Positions 1-14,050 are shown, numbered from the stretch's first letter. The stretch: DNA of 64,000 nt from Paraphysomonas bandaiensis (GCA_965644295.1 CBFFRP010000357.1:186001-250000); one strand, 5' to 3'. The notes: generated by a model from the letters alone, not told the origin. Made by a program: numbers and translations.

Positions 1-5
1 GACAT

Positions 6-1442
6 TTATTTCTTCTCTCTAAGATTATATTTCTCGATATACCAAGAGAACCTCTCGAGAACCATATCCTCGGAAAGGCCATAGTCCTGTAAACTGTACG
101 CATGTAACACTGCCTTCTTCTTGAGTCCAGCCGACTCCTCCTTAATCTTCTGTTCCTTGAGCTTCCTACGCTGCTCGGCATTCTTAGCAAGGTATGAGTC
201 GATGCGCTCATCGTACTCAGTTGAGAATGGAAGCTCCGCCTTCTCGAACACTTTGCGACAAATTTCCTTCGGGTTCTTGATGTTATCTGCATACCGAACG
301 TGCAATATGCGCATGGTGGCGGATGCCTTTTCGATGCTAGCCACAGCCTTGTCCAAAGAATACGCAGTGTAGTCCATGACAGCCTTACCAAGGGCATGCT
401 TATCAATGGTCCAACTGTTGATTACCATCTTAATAATGGTTTCGTAAAGCGAACAGGCTGACGCAATGCATTCGACAGGATCCCTGTGAGTCCATACAAC
501 AGTTGCATCGGGGAAGGAAGCATGAAGCTCTGACAAATAAGGAAGGTGAAAAGGACACTTAAGCATCCAAGTAAATTCTCCTTGTCTGTTCTCGTCTTGC
601 CAAGCCAGAACTTGCAAATACTTCTTGTACAGGTTGAAAGCATTGCCAGCACCAAGATCTCCAACTTCTTTCGCTACGAATGGAAGCAACGGGATAGTAG
701 TGATGTTAAAAGGAACCTCCATGCCGCAAGGTGTGCTGCACTCCTCGGGTTCATCATACCCAATACGATGAATAGATTGAATGGCATCACCAGCAACCAT
801 CAATATCTTGGCGAGTTCTCCCTTGTTCTTGTTGTAGCGCTTCTTTCGGTCCAATGTGCGCATTGCCAGCGATTCGTGATCACAGTTCGGAATAGGCTCC
901 ATTTGCTCCCAGCTATAATGCATGCGAACTTCAGGATGAAGGCCCAAGAGTTCATGAAGGAAAGTTGTCCCAGTGCGAGGAAAGCCAATGACAAAAACAG
1001 GTCTGCGGACATTAATTGAAGAAATATCAGGATGCTTTTTGAGGAAGTCAATTAACTTTAAACGAGTCTCCACACGTTTTGTTAAAGTTGATACAGAAAA
1101 ATATATTCCTGAAGGACTGAGTTGAACATTACTACGAGATAGCCCAAGTTTAAATAATGGATCATATCTCTTGACCATATCCAACTCATCTCCCCCCATA
1201 TCACTCAATCCAGTCGATTGTTTGGCATTTTTTACAATCTCATTCATAGAAATTTCCTTATTCTTCCATATCCCAATACGGAATATATGTGGAAGGTAAC
1301 AGATCGTGTCTAGTAAGCATGCTATAGTGGGTTTCACACCTGAGAGTTTCTTTCGCTTATAAGTGTCATATGCTATAGCAATTAATATGACATACACTAC
1401 TGTAATAAGAATAAGAAAATAAGGGGATGAATAGAATGCCAT
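6..1442 (-). CDS. Sulfotransferase (Sulfotransfer_3 / Stf3-like) with N-terminal membrane anchor
   Basis: Intronless 478-aa ORF with PAPS-binding motif VFVIGFPRTGTTFLHELL, LKCPFHL and VVWTHRDP motifs, and a hydrophobic N-terminus. Confidence 0.9.
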   Translation of the reverse strand: MAFYSSPYFLILITVVYVILIAIAYDTYKRKKLSGVKPTIACLLDTICYLPHIFRIGIWKNKEISMNEIVKNAKQSTGLSDMGGDELDMVKRYDPLFKLGLSRSNVQLSPSGIYFSVSTLTKRVETRLKLIDFLKKHPDISSINVRRPVFVIGFPRTGTTFLHELLGLHPEVRMHYSWEQMEPIPNCDHESLAMRTLDRKKRYNKNKGELAKILMVAGDAIQSIHRIGYDEPEECSTPCGMEVPFNITTIPLLPFVAKEVGDLGAGNAFNLYKKYLQVLAWQDENRQGEFTWMLKCPFHLPYLSELHASFPDATVVWTHRDPVECIASACSLYETIIKMVINSWTIDKHALGKAVMDYTAYSLDKAVASIEKASATMRILHVRYADNIKNPKEICRKVFEKAELPFSTEYDERIDSYLAKNAEQRRKLKEQKIKEESAGLKKKAVLHAYSLQDYGLSEDMVLERFSWYIEKYNLREKK

Positions 1443-2129
1443 CGATGAATTGTATGGGATATCTCCTTATGATAATGGAGACTCTAACCAGACCTAATTA
1501 ATGAGAAGGAGATGGAGTTATATATGGAAACATACGCTTCCTTATGTCCACATTCCACTCGTAGTTAATGTATAGGATTTGACGTATGTTTCTATAGATA
1601 TTCAGTTCTAAAAAAAAAAGATGAAGTTGATGTCCATGGAATATTTATATCCAATTATATTGTAGAAGAGAAGTAGATAGAGTATATGATTGGTTGATAA
1701 TGAATGGTACAGGGAGAGTGACGATGTTGAACATCACCAGCAGCAGACTAATCAAGCGGTTTCAGTTTTTTTTTCAATGAAGTCTCCAGACATATACATA
1801 CATACTGTACATGTATGTATATATGTATATACACACACTGTAGCTGGAAGTTACGTATATAGATAGACCTCTACATGTATGTATGTGTGTACATATAGTA
1901 CTATATCTACAGCAGTATACATACAGACACTGTACATCATACACAGTCCTCGTAGTCTCGTAGTGGTTATTTCTGCCTGTGTATCTGACAGTGTTGGAAG
2001 GGTATGTATGTATATGTCTATATATACACACCCCTGTCACTATATAACAACACAGCACTAGATTCCGTGTATATCATAAACAAATAAAAAGATCATTTCA
2101 TTTATCAGTATCTTTCTTTCTCGTTCAAG

Positions 2130-2931
2130 ATGCATCACCCTCCTGAAGATATATGCTACTTAACTATGCAACGGGACCATTATATCCAACACCTCGAAAG
2201 AGTTCGAGATGTTCGTATAACCATCTCCACACGTTTCTATACATCTCAATCGTTTTCAATATAGGCGGCTCCATGTACAGATACTTCTAAGCCATACACT
2301 TTTGGTCTGAAACATCTTGATGAACGCGGTAAAAAGAAGCAGGTAACTGGCTTGAGTTATTGCGGCTCAACTCCTAACGAAATGCTAGTTGGAACGTGAC
2401 AGATTAAATCATATCATGAAGACAGATAAAATGTTGAATGACACGTTGACGAAGGTATATCGTTGTATTCTTCCCCATGAGTTGTCGCTAATAGAGACGT
2501 AGATCATGATGGAGGATCGAAGTCAGCCACTGCATATTGGATTGTCAAGTTTAAACGAAAAGTCCCGTGTTCGAGAAATCGAAAAACTCAACCGCAATAA
2601 TAGGTATATGTTTGAAAAGCTCAGTAAAACTGGTGCCGCTGTTACTAGTCGGGAAAAAATGAAAGCAGATTTCGAGAAGCATAAACAGCTGAGTCATAAC
2701 ATGAGCAAGAAACACTTCGGTGTACTACCGGTCAAACAGTCACCGATAAAGCGCAAGAAAGGCTCATCTGTTAAAGGTGGGAGCGTAACCTCCTCTTCAT
2801 CTCGAGTTGATACTGTAAAATCTGCTGCCTCGGAAAACGTAGATACGGATATAATCATGACCGCCGCCGCTTATTTAAAGACTGTGAAGCACTCTCCAAG
2901 TGTAACTTTTAAAGAGAGTAGCCCAAGTTGA
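2130..2931 (+). CDS. CFAP97/KIAA1430 (hemingway)-like ciliary protein, spliced
   Basis: Exons read MHHPPE..HYIQHLERVRD / AAPCTDTSKP..RGKKKQ / ..REIEKLNRNNRYMFEKLSK, with GT-AG introns near 2210-2263 and 2343-2502. Family call is from recalled motif pattern. Confidence 0.55.
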
Positions 2932-3495
2932 GTCAGTAGTATACATGTGGGTGTATATTACTGATATGTGTTATTCATTTACATTGAATATGTGGAGCCA
3001 TTGACCTTTTTTCTAGAGTTGCACGCTCTGTATAGTAGCTAGTAAATGGGTCCGTATAGCGTATAGTGGGTGATACACGCAATATGACGAGACATCGTCG
3101 TCTTGTGTAAGCACAGTGTTGATATATTGTGATGTGATATACCTGTAGTAACTCTGTGATTGTGCAACATGTATAGTATGTGACAAAGCCAGTCAGTAAT
3201 AATGTATTAAATTTGTATTTATGATGCTTCGTAGTATTACCGACTTTGTAGAAAACCACAACAGCCCAAACTAATCGCGAGTTTGAACTAAGACCAATTG
3301 TTGATGACGACATACATCTAATCTACGTTGGCCAAATACTGCATACATCATTACGGCATTATACACAATACACACACAGAATAAAGGTAAACATCAGCTC
3401 GATCTCCCTCCACGACGCTCGTACATTGTTGAAGAAACTCTTCACAACGCACACGATTGTCGAGCGTCATCTGGTTAGAACCCAGTTCTATATTA

Positions 3496-3996
3496 AATGT
3501 CTTTTTATTTAGCAATAGGCGTTAAAAACTCGTTCCGATATAGTGGCTAGTTGAATACTAGATCTACTAGTTAGACCTCTACCCATAACTAATCAGCACA
3601 AATTCTATTATCCTACTATTTAACGCTACAGAAGCTGCTTGTGCGTCGCCGCTAGCACCAAGGTGCAACCACTTCCGTTCTTGATGTTGTGTGTGAGTTC
3701 GCCCTGCTCGTGTGTCTGAGGACTCACTGGCGCGTGTTGTCCGGGGGTCTCCCCTTGGGATAAGGTTCCGCCTGGCTCTGAGGTGCCGGGTTCTGTATTA
3801 AGGTCCTGAGTGTACCGAGCACTAGATGTGTGTTGTGTGTACTGAGATGTTGATGGTGTGGTGGAATGTGGCGGTGTCACCATGCACCGTCTGGGCGTTT
3901 GGCATAGGAGGAGTTGCCGGAGACGTCGTCGCCGTTGTCTAGGGCCTGTTGGTTTTATACGGTCCGGTGCTATGGTCCTTTGTGTATGGTTGGTAG
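3496..3996 (-). mobile_element. 5'-truncated non-LTR retrotransposon (3' end only)
   Basis: Near-identical to about 9305-9798; flanked by 18-bp TSD gaacccagttctatatta (3478-3495 and 3997-4014). Confidence 0.92.
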
Positions 3997-4358
3997 GAAC
4001 CCAGTTCTATATTACATATTAACTGTCCTTTCTTATTAATTTAAGTAGGATATGTGAAAGTGAGCCGGATGACCTAGCCTAATATCATATAACTAGGATA
4101 TGCAAAGTTATTATTGACGGTCAATACAGTATCTACGTGCATCGTGGATTAATTTACGATATATTTATCAAGTGCCTACAATGATAAAACATTCCGTGGT
4201 ACATAGGGATATCACAACTGCATTGAATCTACATATTTTTTCAGATAGTAATAAATGCATCATCACGTACCAACATATAATTCAATAATATCTACGTACA
4301 CGGTAGTATTGAAAAATTTCTCTATGATAACACGGATAACTCAGGTCTATATATGCCA

Positions 4359-7300
4359 TTAAACACTACTCAAATCAGATGTACTCATATCAGCACTATC
4401 CCTGCTCTCCTCTTTGGCATTCTCTCCTGCAGATTGGTCAGCAGGTTTATCAGCAGATTTCCTAGCCGAGCTGTAGACGTTGGCTGGATCCGGAGGGCTC
4501 AACAAATCAACCATCTCAAGAACCTCTTTCATGCGCAAGGAGTAGTCTGTATGTTTGGCTACAATGGATGACATGTCAATGTTTTCCACACCATCTACAG
4601 CTATCTCCTGAACACCCGCGACCAAAACACGGACGTTCTCGTATCTGTATATTAATGCCAGACAATAATCTCGTTTCGAGTACCCATTAACCAGCCGTCC
4701 AGCTACCACTGACCTTGCCTCCCGCCAGCTAGTGGCATTGACGCCAATAGGGCCACCAAGAAGGACCACATCCTGCACAATGCTGTCTGCATATCTGTGC
4801 TCATCTTTCGATTGCTGCTCAGGTGGGACTGACTTCGAGTCAGCAGGAAGTTCATTTGTGTTTTTTCCCTTACTCGAATGGCCGTAGAGCAGGCCCCCTC
4901 CCATTTCCCCAATCTTATGACCCACATCGCCAATTGCGTGCCCAACGTTGACACCAAACTTTCCAATCTCATCAGTCACTATTTCCATCCGCCCTTTACC
5001 AACCCTACTGTTAGGATCAACAGTGCGAGCTTTGTACTTGGCCAGTTCCCTCAGACAGCTAAATATAACACGAGCACCTAGTGAGTGACCTACAAGAGTA
5101 ACGGCACGACTGCCTTGTGGTCTCTGCACTAGAGCTCGTGCCAACTCCACCCCTGCCATATCCGCCCGCTCGATGGCGATCGTCCAGGTCCTATCAATGA
5201 CGTCCGTGAGTTTTATGAGACTGTACGGCAGAGCCACAGCAGCAATTAGACCAGCCATCACGGTGGTGTTCAGTATAGCAGTGATAGCCTTTTCTTTTAA
5301 CGAACTTAGCAGAGTCATTAGACTGTTTCCTAACTCAACTTGCATGTCGATTTCCCACCTAAGAAGGTTCAGTTCATACACCCTCGATAGATCCGTCGAG
5401 TTCCAGTGCCAGAAATTCCCTTCAAGTGACCGCTGTGTCTCATTTCTGACACTCTCTACGTGTCCCTCCTCTACCAGTCCTTCGCTCACAGCAACACTCT
5501 CAATAGCCTCAGCATGACCTTCCACCTGTTCAGCTTGCTTTTCATCAGCGAATTCACCTCGATCGGCATCTTCACACCCAGTGGTCAAGTCAGATGTGGC
5601 TAAATTAGTCGGACGCGATGGCAGCGGAGTTGAGGCGGACTGTGTAGATGCTGATGTGGGTTTCTTATTGTCACGCTTGGCCGTAGCATCTTGGCTTGAT
5701 TGCCCAGGAGTAACAGTATGAAGCATACTCCCAAATCCACGGGTCAAAGACTGTCGTATGTCGGAAATGGTATTCCCCATCCCTCCTCGTTGACCACTTT
5801 CAGCTTTATCTGTTGCTTTTGAACCCTGTTCATGGGACCGAGATGACACACTTTCCGATTGTTTTTCTTTGGATGCTGCCTCTGATTGTTTCTTCGCTTT
5901 GCCGTGTGCAATAGCATCACGGAAAAGCAAATTCTCTACACACTCGAAAAGTCTCTTGGCCTCATCTTCGTCTATCACAGGGTCTAAATCCTTCTCAGGA
6001 GGGGTAAGAGTACTAACTAATCGGGGATCGACACCATAGAATTCAGTCATCTGTCAACACGAAAATAAACTTAAACGCGACCAATATCCATAGATCATTC
6101 CTACCTGGTCCAGGAGCTCATCTTCATTGTTCTTCCACTTCTTGGCTTCTTCCTTGGCTTTGCCGACTCTATCATGTGTACAATTAAAACTGAAGCCTGC
6201 AAAACCTAAGAAACATACCTATCCTTGCAATGTATCTGGTAAAACCGTACCAAGCGCTCCTGTCCAAGCAACAGCAGTTAGGAAAACAATACGAGAGTGA
6301 TTATATCTGATGTGACCTCCAGTGACATAGTATCTGGCACTATACCGAAGGTTCGCTTGTAATCTTCTTTGTGCAATACCCATCCAGATACCATAACCAT
6401 CACTGCAGCTTTACCCTATAAATACTGATGAGATACCAAGTCAGATACTCAGCGTGGGGGAAGATAACTACCTGCTTTCCATGACTCTCAAATTCAAAAT
6501 CTGTAATGCCCTTGGTTCGACGCGACTACGTAAAAACAAAGATTATACTTCGTCAACAGAACACCTTGTGTAGATGAAACATAACATAGAAACATATACC
6601 ACATTATATCAGTGTGTCCATTACCATTTTGTAAGTAGCAAGTCCACCTCCGACAGTGCCAAATATGGATGCCATGACTGCAGTAGTGGAAAGAGCAGCA
6701 GCAGCTACAGCAGTGGAGCCCCCTAGAAGAAGAAATGCTGCAGCCACAGCAGGAGCAGCCATGCCACCAGTCACAGCAATTATACCTCCAGCAGCTAGGC
6801 CGGTGGCACCAATTTTAGCATACCTCACATATGAGTTTGGCTTATTCTCCGCTTCCGAGCGCTGAATTGCATCTCCAATGGAATGCAGTGACTCTACCAT
6901 GTGCACTTCAATATGACAGTACTCCATTCGGCTTACATTTAACATATTTCTAACCCGACGCAACAATACACGACCTTTTGAATCATAACAAGAGTTTAAT
7001 AGAAGTGTGATAGCAATCTTGGCCACTGTATCCACACAATTGATACCAGATGATTGAATAATATCCAAAAAAGGAGATACTGCCTTATAAGTATGTGCCA
7101 TATCCTCCTCATAACTCCTCCGTACAAGTGACTTATAAGCCTGTACATAACTATCAGGCACTTCCATCTCTTGAGCTAATACACGCATAACTCTTTTATT
7201 CCATGATATCCATACAGTTTGTTTCGTGTCAATTGATTCATTCTCTATAGAGTTATAGTCATATTCCTCTACAGGTAAACACATCACGCATATCACAAAT

Positions 7301-7377
7301 ACAGCAACACGTTCATCTGTTTTCATTTGATGAAATAAACGTTCAGTTGATGGGGATACATTTGTTTGATTACTCAT
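4359..7377 (-). CDS. TMCO4: TMCO4 / DUF726 family alpha/beta-hydrolase-like membrane protein, multi-exon
   Basis: CYDSKGRVLL, IGATGLAAGGIIAVTGGMAAP, AIERADMAGVELA, VTLVGHSLGARVIF, VVAGRLVNGYS; several short introns between 6050 and 6624. Confidence 0.88.
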
Positions 7378-8159
7378 GTTTGGTTATTAGGAGAGGAGGG
7401 TGTATTGAGGTATATGTATGTGTGTAAGTGTGTTACTATGAGACTATGGGAGGAATTTAAAGTATGAAAACATACGTATAAACATCTCTGCAGAGCATAC
7501 ATACATATACATACATAACATACATACATACATACATATACATACAGGCAAACTTACGTATATACAGAACACTGATATTGTAATGATTGTATCAAATGAA
7601 AACACTTGAAATAAAATTAAAGATATTTTATTGGTTTACCAGGAGGTGAAGAAAGAACATCTTCAGAAAAAAACAAAAACAGATTTTTGGGACATACATA
7701 TACACTACATGTCCGGATATCCGGATATCTAGATATCTGTCATTAGAATATGTCGAAAACGCAAAAAAACTACCCATTTTCGTGTATTTGTATATAAAAA
7801 AGTATATATTACCACAAAAAATTAGAGTTTTCTTTGTCCTCATCGACACACTGCCTCTGCAGTACTATGGATGGATCTATAGAGAGTGCTGTGAGCCGTG
7901 TATATTAGACCATATGCCCTATTGAGCTGATGCATATTGTATATGTTGCTCTGTATGGGCGTATATGCATCTGCTTGTTTCTATAGTTGTGTTGCCTATA
8001 CATGGAAAGGAGAGGGCAACCAATGACTGGGTAGGTATAGCTGTATACGTATATACATATGGTGATTAGAGGGTGAAGGAACCACACTGTTAAGGACAGT
8101 AGAGGCATACAGTAAACTGCTATGGGGTTGGGTCACTGCGAAGAATTGTCGCTAAATAT

Positions 8160-11100
8160 CAGGGCTAGGGAGCAATATATTGATTGGTGGAGTGTTTCTG
8201 TTGTTTGATTCTCAACTGCAGGATGCAAAATATACGCCCATGTACATAAAGAATCACATGATATCATATAATGACTGGGTATTTACGGGCTGTCAGTATC
8301 ACTAGTCTGATGAATGCATTCGTTATTCAATCGTCCAATAAAACGAAGAAGATTTATGAGGGCAGAGTGGATTGTGGAACAAAACCTTCCATTCACTTTA
8401 TCTTAGTCATAAATCTTTCTCGCTTTATCGGACGGTTGAAAAACGAAAGTATCCATCCGACCAGTGTGCATTTTATCGTCGTTATCTTGCTGTCAATGAA
8501 TTTATCGGTAGTAAAGAAAAGAAAAATAGTCAAGAAGATGTGACACAACCTGGTCAAGGAAGTAGACCTCTCATTCGGCAGGTAGACCTTCTCATGGGGA
8601 AGTTAAATCAGATTAAGAATGCCTCCTTGCTACGTGGCCAGTCCACTCTGCTACAGAAAGAATTAATGTCACACGATGGTCCTCTATCTTTCAAGTTCTT
8701 CCAGGGCTTATAAAAGATGCTGTATTAAGAACCCAAGGCTTACCGTATGTAGGGACTGATATGAAATACCCTGCTGCTCGACAGAATACCGAAATCAATA
8801 CCCTCGTAAACAACTTGAAATTTATTGAAAGTGTTTCCAAGGTACTTCAAACAGGAGGTTCTAGTCAAGTGAATCTCTATGATTGCCTTTTTGATGGCTT
8901 ATTGATTGACTTGGGGTACGAATCCCCTATCTCCTTCACAGAAAAGGTGCTCCATTGATAATGGAATTTGAGAACGGAAGGAGACGAAGAATGTACTTTG
9001 ACAAGACGTGAGAAAGATTCTCTTAGAATATATCTCATTTCTTACTGTGATGGAAATAATACAGAGAATAATGAAACTGATGTTGGCTATGCGGAAAAAT
9101 TTTTCAGCCAGTTCAAAACTATAAAAAACGAAGATTTGAAATATCTAAGTAGAGGTGCACGAGTCATGTTGTATGTACTTCAACTACATGTGAACGCCTG
9201 TTTATCTCAGTGTGCCGCAAAAGTATGCATCCTACTACACTCAATATGATGCTATTTCTGAAAGCTAATCGACGGACGCATGCATTTTTCAATTATATAT
9301 ATTGAATGTCTTTTTATTTAGCAATAGGCGTTAAAAACCCGTTCCGATATAGCGGCTAGTTGAATACTAGTCTACTAGTTAGACCTCTACCCATAACTAA
9401 TCAGCGCAAATTCTATTATCCTACTATTTAACGCTACAGAAGCTGCTTGTGCGTCGCCGCAAGCACCAAGGTGCAACCACTTCCGTTCTTGATGTTGTGT
9501 GTGAATTCGCCCTGCTCGTGTGTCTGAGGACTCACTGGCGCGTGTTGTCCGGGGGTCTCCCCTTGGGATACGGTTCCGCCTGACTCTGAGGTACCGGGTT
9601 CTGTATTAAGGTCCTGAGTGTACCGAGCACTAGATGTGTGGACTGAGAGGTTGATGGTGTGGTGGAATGTGGCGGTGTCGCCATGCACCGTTTGGGCGTT
9701 GGGCATAGGTGGAGTTGCCGGAGACGTCGTCGCCGTTGTCTAGGGCCTGTTGGTTTCATACGGTCCGTTGCTATGGTCCTCTGTGTATGGTTGGTAGGGT
9801 TCAGAGGTACGGTGGGCGGTGTTCCAGTCTCGGTTCGTCTGTGGATTCCTAGTAATCTTAGCACCCTTGGGCGTTTCCGTTTCTGTCTGTGGTTTGGACT
9901 CGGCCGCGGTAGTAGCCTTGGGGGGCCTTTCCGTAGGGTCACGTATCTTCTTCCGCGATCTTGGATCATGAGCTTTGCTGCAGCGAACAGCGGTAGCAGT
10001 AATTTGATGATCGCTGATTCGATGCTGCGCAGTCCTTGGGATGACAGTGATTCATGGATGTGATCTCCAAAAACCATTTCAAGCTGTGTCATTGTGATGG
10101 TACCCGTCCAGAATCTCTCCACCTGTGGCACGGAAGGGTTCCAGGCCCTGCTGGAGATTCGCTGGAGTACAGTGGTGGTCCATTGGGGTAATTCCGGATT
10201 CCTCATTTCTTCTAGGAGCGCGTTTTTGTGGCTGTGAAATGCAGACTCCCTTATCTGCGTTATGGTGTCGTTTGTGCAGTCTAGACACATATGCTTGAGT
10301 GAGTCTAGTCTAAATCCGCAGTCAGAGCATACGGCTTTAGCCATGTCGAGTCCGTGTTTGGTTTTCGCCCGGTTTCTTCCTATGCTGAATGATTTGTCCC
10401 ATGTCAGTGCTGCATTTAGTACTCTTTGGCGCAGGTGGGAGCTCACTTTGTCCTTTGATGGTCCACCATCTGCTTGCGCCAGTTTGCGCGGAAGTAGTGC
10501 TCCGCTGTCTTTCCAGTATCCAGGAGCCCGGTCGGGATTGTGACCGTAGCGTTGGTCTCGGAGAGCTGTATATGCCTCCAGCGTCCGTTGATTACGGAGG
10601 GATTGGAAATCCGTGAGCAGGGGGCTAGTGCGATACGGCCGTCGTTCCCCAGTTAGGCGCCAGTGCCATAAACCCTCGGTGAGTATTCTCTCGATGGCTT
10701 GGTCCACTTCCATGTTACAGACAGTGTAATTTTGTCGTCCGAGTAGTCGATCTACCTCAAGCCAGTCCCCTCCTGCTACTGCGTCGGCAATGTAAATTCC
10801 TTTGTCTTCATATGTCCATTCAGACTCATCAGAGGTGCGTCGTTCGGGGTGTGATCGGACCCAGGCTACTGTCCTTTTGCAATCGTTATTTGCTGCAATG
10901 CTTTCGAGCAGTACACCTTTGGCACGATGCCCCAGTGCCCGACGTCTGGCGGAGAGTGCTTCGTGTGTGCGTATGCAGACGGCCTTACAGTCCGTATTTA
11001 TCGGTATGTGTGATGGGAGTCGCGCAGACAGTATAAGCGCCATTGCTGCTCCCATGAGCTCGTATGCATACGGGCCAAGTCCAGGCACGTCGCTGAAGGG

Positions 11101-11460
11101 TGTCTCTAATCGCAGTATTTTTGTTGTACCGTTCTTCCATTCATCCTCCGGGGGGAGCATTTTTCAATTAATTTTGTATGAATGTGGAGATGATGACGTC
11201 ACCGATGATGGCCCCGATAATGAGTATGAGGAAAGTTGTGACTGACTAAGCAGTAGAAAGTCTTCTCTTGGCAGCAGTGGAAACTGGTAGGCAACATGTC
11301 CAAAATGAAGCACTTCGTTTTGAGTATTTGAAATTTGCAACAATCTGAAGAGAGTCAAAGAAGTATTATTTTTCAATTTTTATTTGTCTATATTTCTTAG
11401 ATCATGAGTTGGTATATAGTTTTCCAGGTATTGGATTGCAATGGTCATATCACAATCCCT
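8160..11460 (+). mobile_element. Degenerate hAT element (relative of 18643-20398) interrupted by a LINE; right end approximate
   Basis: Starts cagggctagggagcaatatattg, matching the hAT TIR; decayed transposase (KFIESVSKVLQTGGSSQVNLY, VGYAEK); the C-terminal GDDDVTDDG resumes after the LINE, near 11186. Confidence 0.8.
9296..11156 (-). mobile_element. 5'-truncated non-LTR retrotransposon encoding RNase H and a CCHC zinc finger
   Basis: 14-bp TSD gcatttttcaatta (9282-9295 and 11157-11170); short (TA)n tail; ORF 9532-11160 has RNase H motifs (YAYELMG, INTDCK, WVRSHPE, IADAVA) and CSDC..HMCLDC. Confidence 0.9.
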
Positions 11461-11686
11461 CTGACTATTATCTATGGGTTACACTTTATTACTTCTTGTT
11501 TCATGAACTTGTACAATATCTCTTATAAAACAAACATGTTAGGTTATTAATCTGAGTATATCCCAACCATCAAAAATGAAGAGTTGTCATTTAACATATG
11601 CACCACAGGCAATACACATTTTCTGCTATGTGATAAAATTCTTTCTATTTGTCAAAATAGCCTCAATAAAAGATCGAGGTCACTGC

Positions 11687-13691
11687 TCATGAAGATGAAG
11701 TTACATCGTTGTCGGAATAAGTAGGAATAGAGTCATAGCCCTTCCTCCGGCGAAGTGGTGAGGACTGTGTTCCATTTTTTGATAGAAAAAACACAGAAAC
11801 AGCCCCGACAATAATTCCTACGATGATTGAAGATTATAAAACATTTAGATATAGAAATATTAACACACCGGCGCAAAGTACTACCACAATTTGTGGTAGG
11901 TAGTCCTGCCAGCGAGGCGGGGTTAGTATGAAGGGCAAACCATTGATTTCGTACAACATAGATCCCAGAGCCCATCCCACCTGCATAGCTGTTTAAACAG
12001 AATCGACCAGCAAGATGGTATCAACAAGTGACCTTGTGTCCATTTATTTCGTCTACAACCTTGAATGTCTGGTTATTCGTAAAACCATATCCATCTATAT
12101 TCATACACAAAACATCATAACTGACTGTTCAAATAGAAGTATCTACACCTACCCTCAAGAAGGACAGTAATGTAGCTACTCAAAAAGCAATAGTAAGGAA
12201 CGAGGTCACTTCTCTGCACGGTTGAATTGAGAGTGCCACTATAGTCGATAATATCCTTGTAGTTCATGGCACACACCGATTTAGCACGTTTTTTGAACAT
12301 ATCCAAGGTTCCATAATCGGGCATCTGGAGAAAAACCCAAGGGTACTTATATGTTGCGGAACCTATGAAATGTCCATCTTTAGATGTGGGAAGCGTCGGT
12401 TGGTAGTGGCCACTGATGCTGCATTCGCCATCAAACACTTTATTACAGAACCCATTTAAGTCTTTCTCCATCAGTGGCTTAACACTGTTCACGCAATGAT
12501 CAAACTGATGCCGATGAGATTTATCAGGACCGCTTACGATGAAGGAACTATCGTAACCGGCAAAAGACTCCTCATACCCCGCATAAAAGCAGTCATTTAC
12601 CATACGCCGCGCAGAAGAGTTTGTAGACAGTAAGTTACCGACTAACAATTCTAGGTGTCGACGACGGGCTTCAGTATGCCCATACGTCAAAAACGACTTG
12701 GCATATATGTTCCAGTGCCGCTGCGACCCTATTTGAAGTTTGAACAGGCTCTCAGACACGTCCTGTGAGGGAACAAAAAATGATATCTGCGTCGAAGCTC
12801 CACCGAGATCTACAACACCGTATGTGCCGTCAATGGGTCTGTTGACGGCCCCCGATCCATGTGAATTCGGAAGAAGAGTGTCAAAAAGAAAATTAGATGC
12901 AGCCCAGGCATATGCCGCCTCTTCTTCACCAGAAATCACGCGTGCGAAGTCGAATTGAAAGTAAAATGGGCAAAATGATTTGTCCGATAGGATGTCACGG
13001 GTGTAGGCCATTACTTTGGCTCTTTGGCTAACAGGGAGTAGTCGCATCCCGCCTAAAGACATCATCTCTCAATAAATATAACTACACAAAAATGATACAA
13101 CCTGTAGCTTTTACATAGAAGGGGAAACTTTGCCAGTGTTCTTCGTACGGTGCCAGGGTTGTCTTAGCCACGGAAATAAGATGCCCGAAGTATTTTTTAA
13201 GTCCTTGAAGATTATCAGCAAACTTAGCCATGCCTGGGCTTATTCTCTCTGTCGTTTTCTCATCTGATTCGGGGAAGGACAGAGGAGGTGGGGATGTGTC
13301 AAAGACTCGCTACATAAAAAATATGCATCCGTTAAAGAATAACACGAATAGCTGTTCATATCATACTGGCTGCCACGAAAAGATATGCATCCGCGACCCC
13401 TCACTACCTATACGATAAGCATATCATGTTAGATTATAAACTATATGACTCAATGAACTCACCCGCATCGATTAATATGCCTCTGTTGCCGAATACAGGG
13501 TCTATACTAGGAGCCCCTGGATCATCTTATGTACAGTAAAGTACAGGAGAATACAGTCAATGCAATGAAATTAACAACATTGACTTACATATATGATACA
13601 TGTCATTAGGTCGACCCATTCCAACACCAGGCTGTGCTAATGATGGAGATGAATGATAAGATATGAGGAGTATGGCGATATATATAAACAT
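11687..13691 (-). CDS. GDA1/CD39 family apyrase (NTPDase), multi-exon, with signal peptide and C-terminal TM
   Basis: Apyrase conserved regions IDAG|SEGSR, ISGEEEAAYAW, DLGGASTQ, VGWALGSML. Confidence 0.9.
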
Positions 13692-14010
13692 TGTAGTAAT
13701 CAGATGATATGGAGACACTATAGGGAGGGATAATACATTGTAATGAGGATGTGAGGTGATGGGAGAGATGGAATGAGTGGTGGAGTGTTCTAATGTATGG
13801 ATTAATAGATAAGTGAGAGAGTTAGTATGATGAGCAGGGAGTAACAGTATGCATGTATACATACATACAGTGCGTATATTCTACTGCAAATACACTGTAC
13901 AAATAGTTCTATATAAGGATATGCCGTAGAATAAATACATACAATGAACTATACGGCGGTGTGCGGTGACGCTAACTCTTGCTTCAAGTTGCACCGATAT
14001 GAAACTCAAG

Positions 14011-14050
14011 TACATACATACATACATACATACATACATACATACATACA

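Noticed and set aside
11157-11160. ATG start of the 542-aa LINE ORF
   Set aside because: The ATG comes from the target-site duplication; the ORF is a 5'-truncated fragment.
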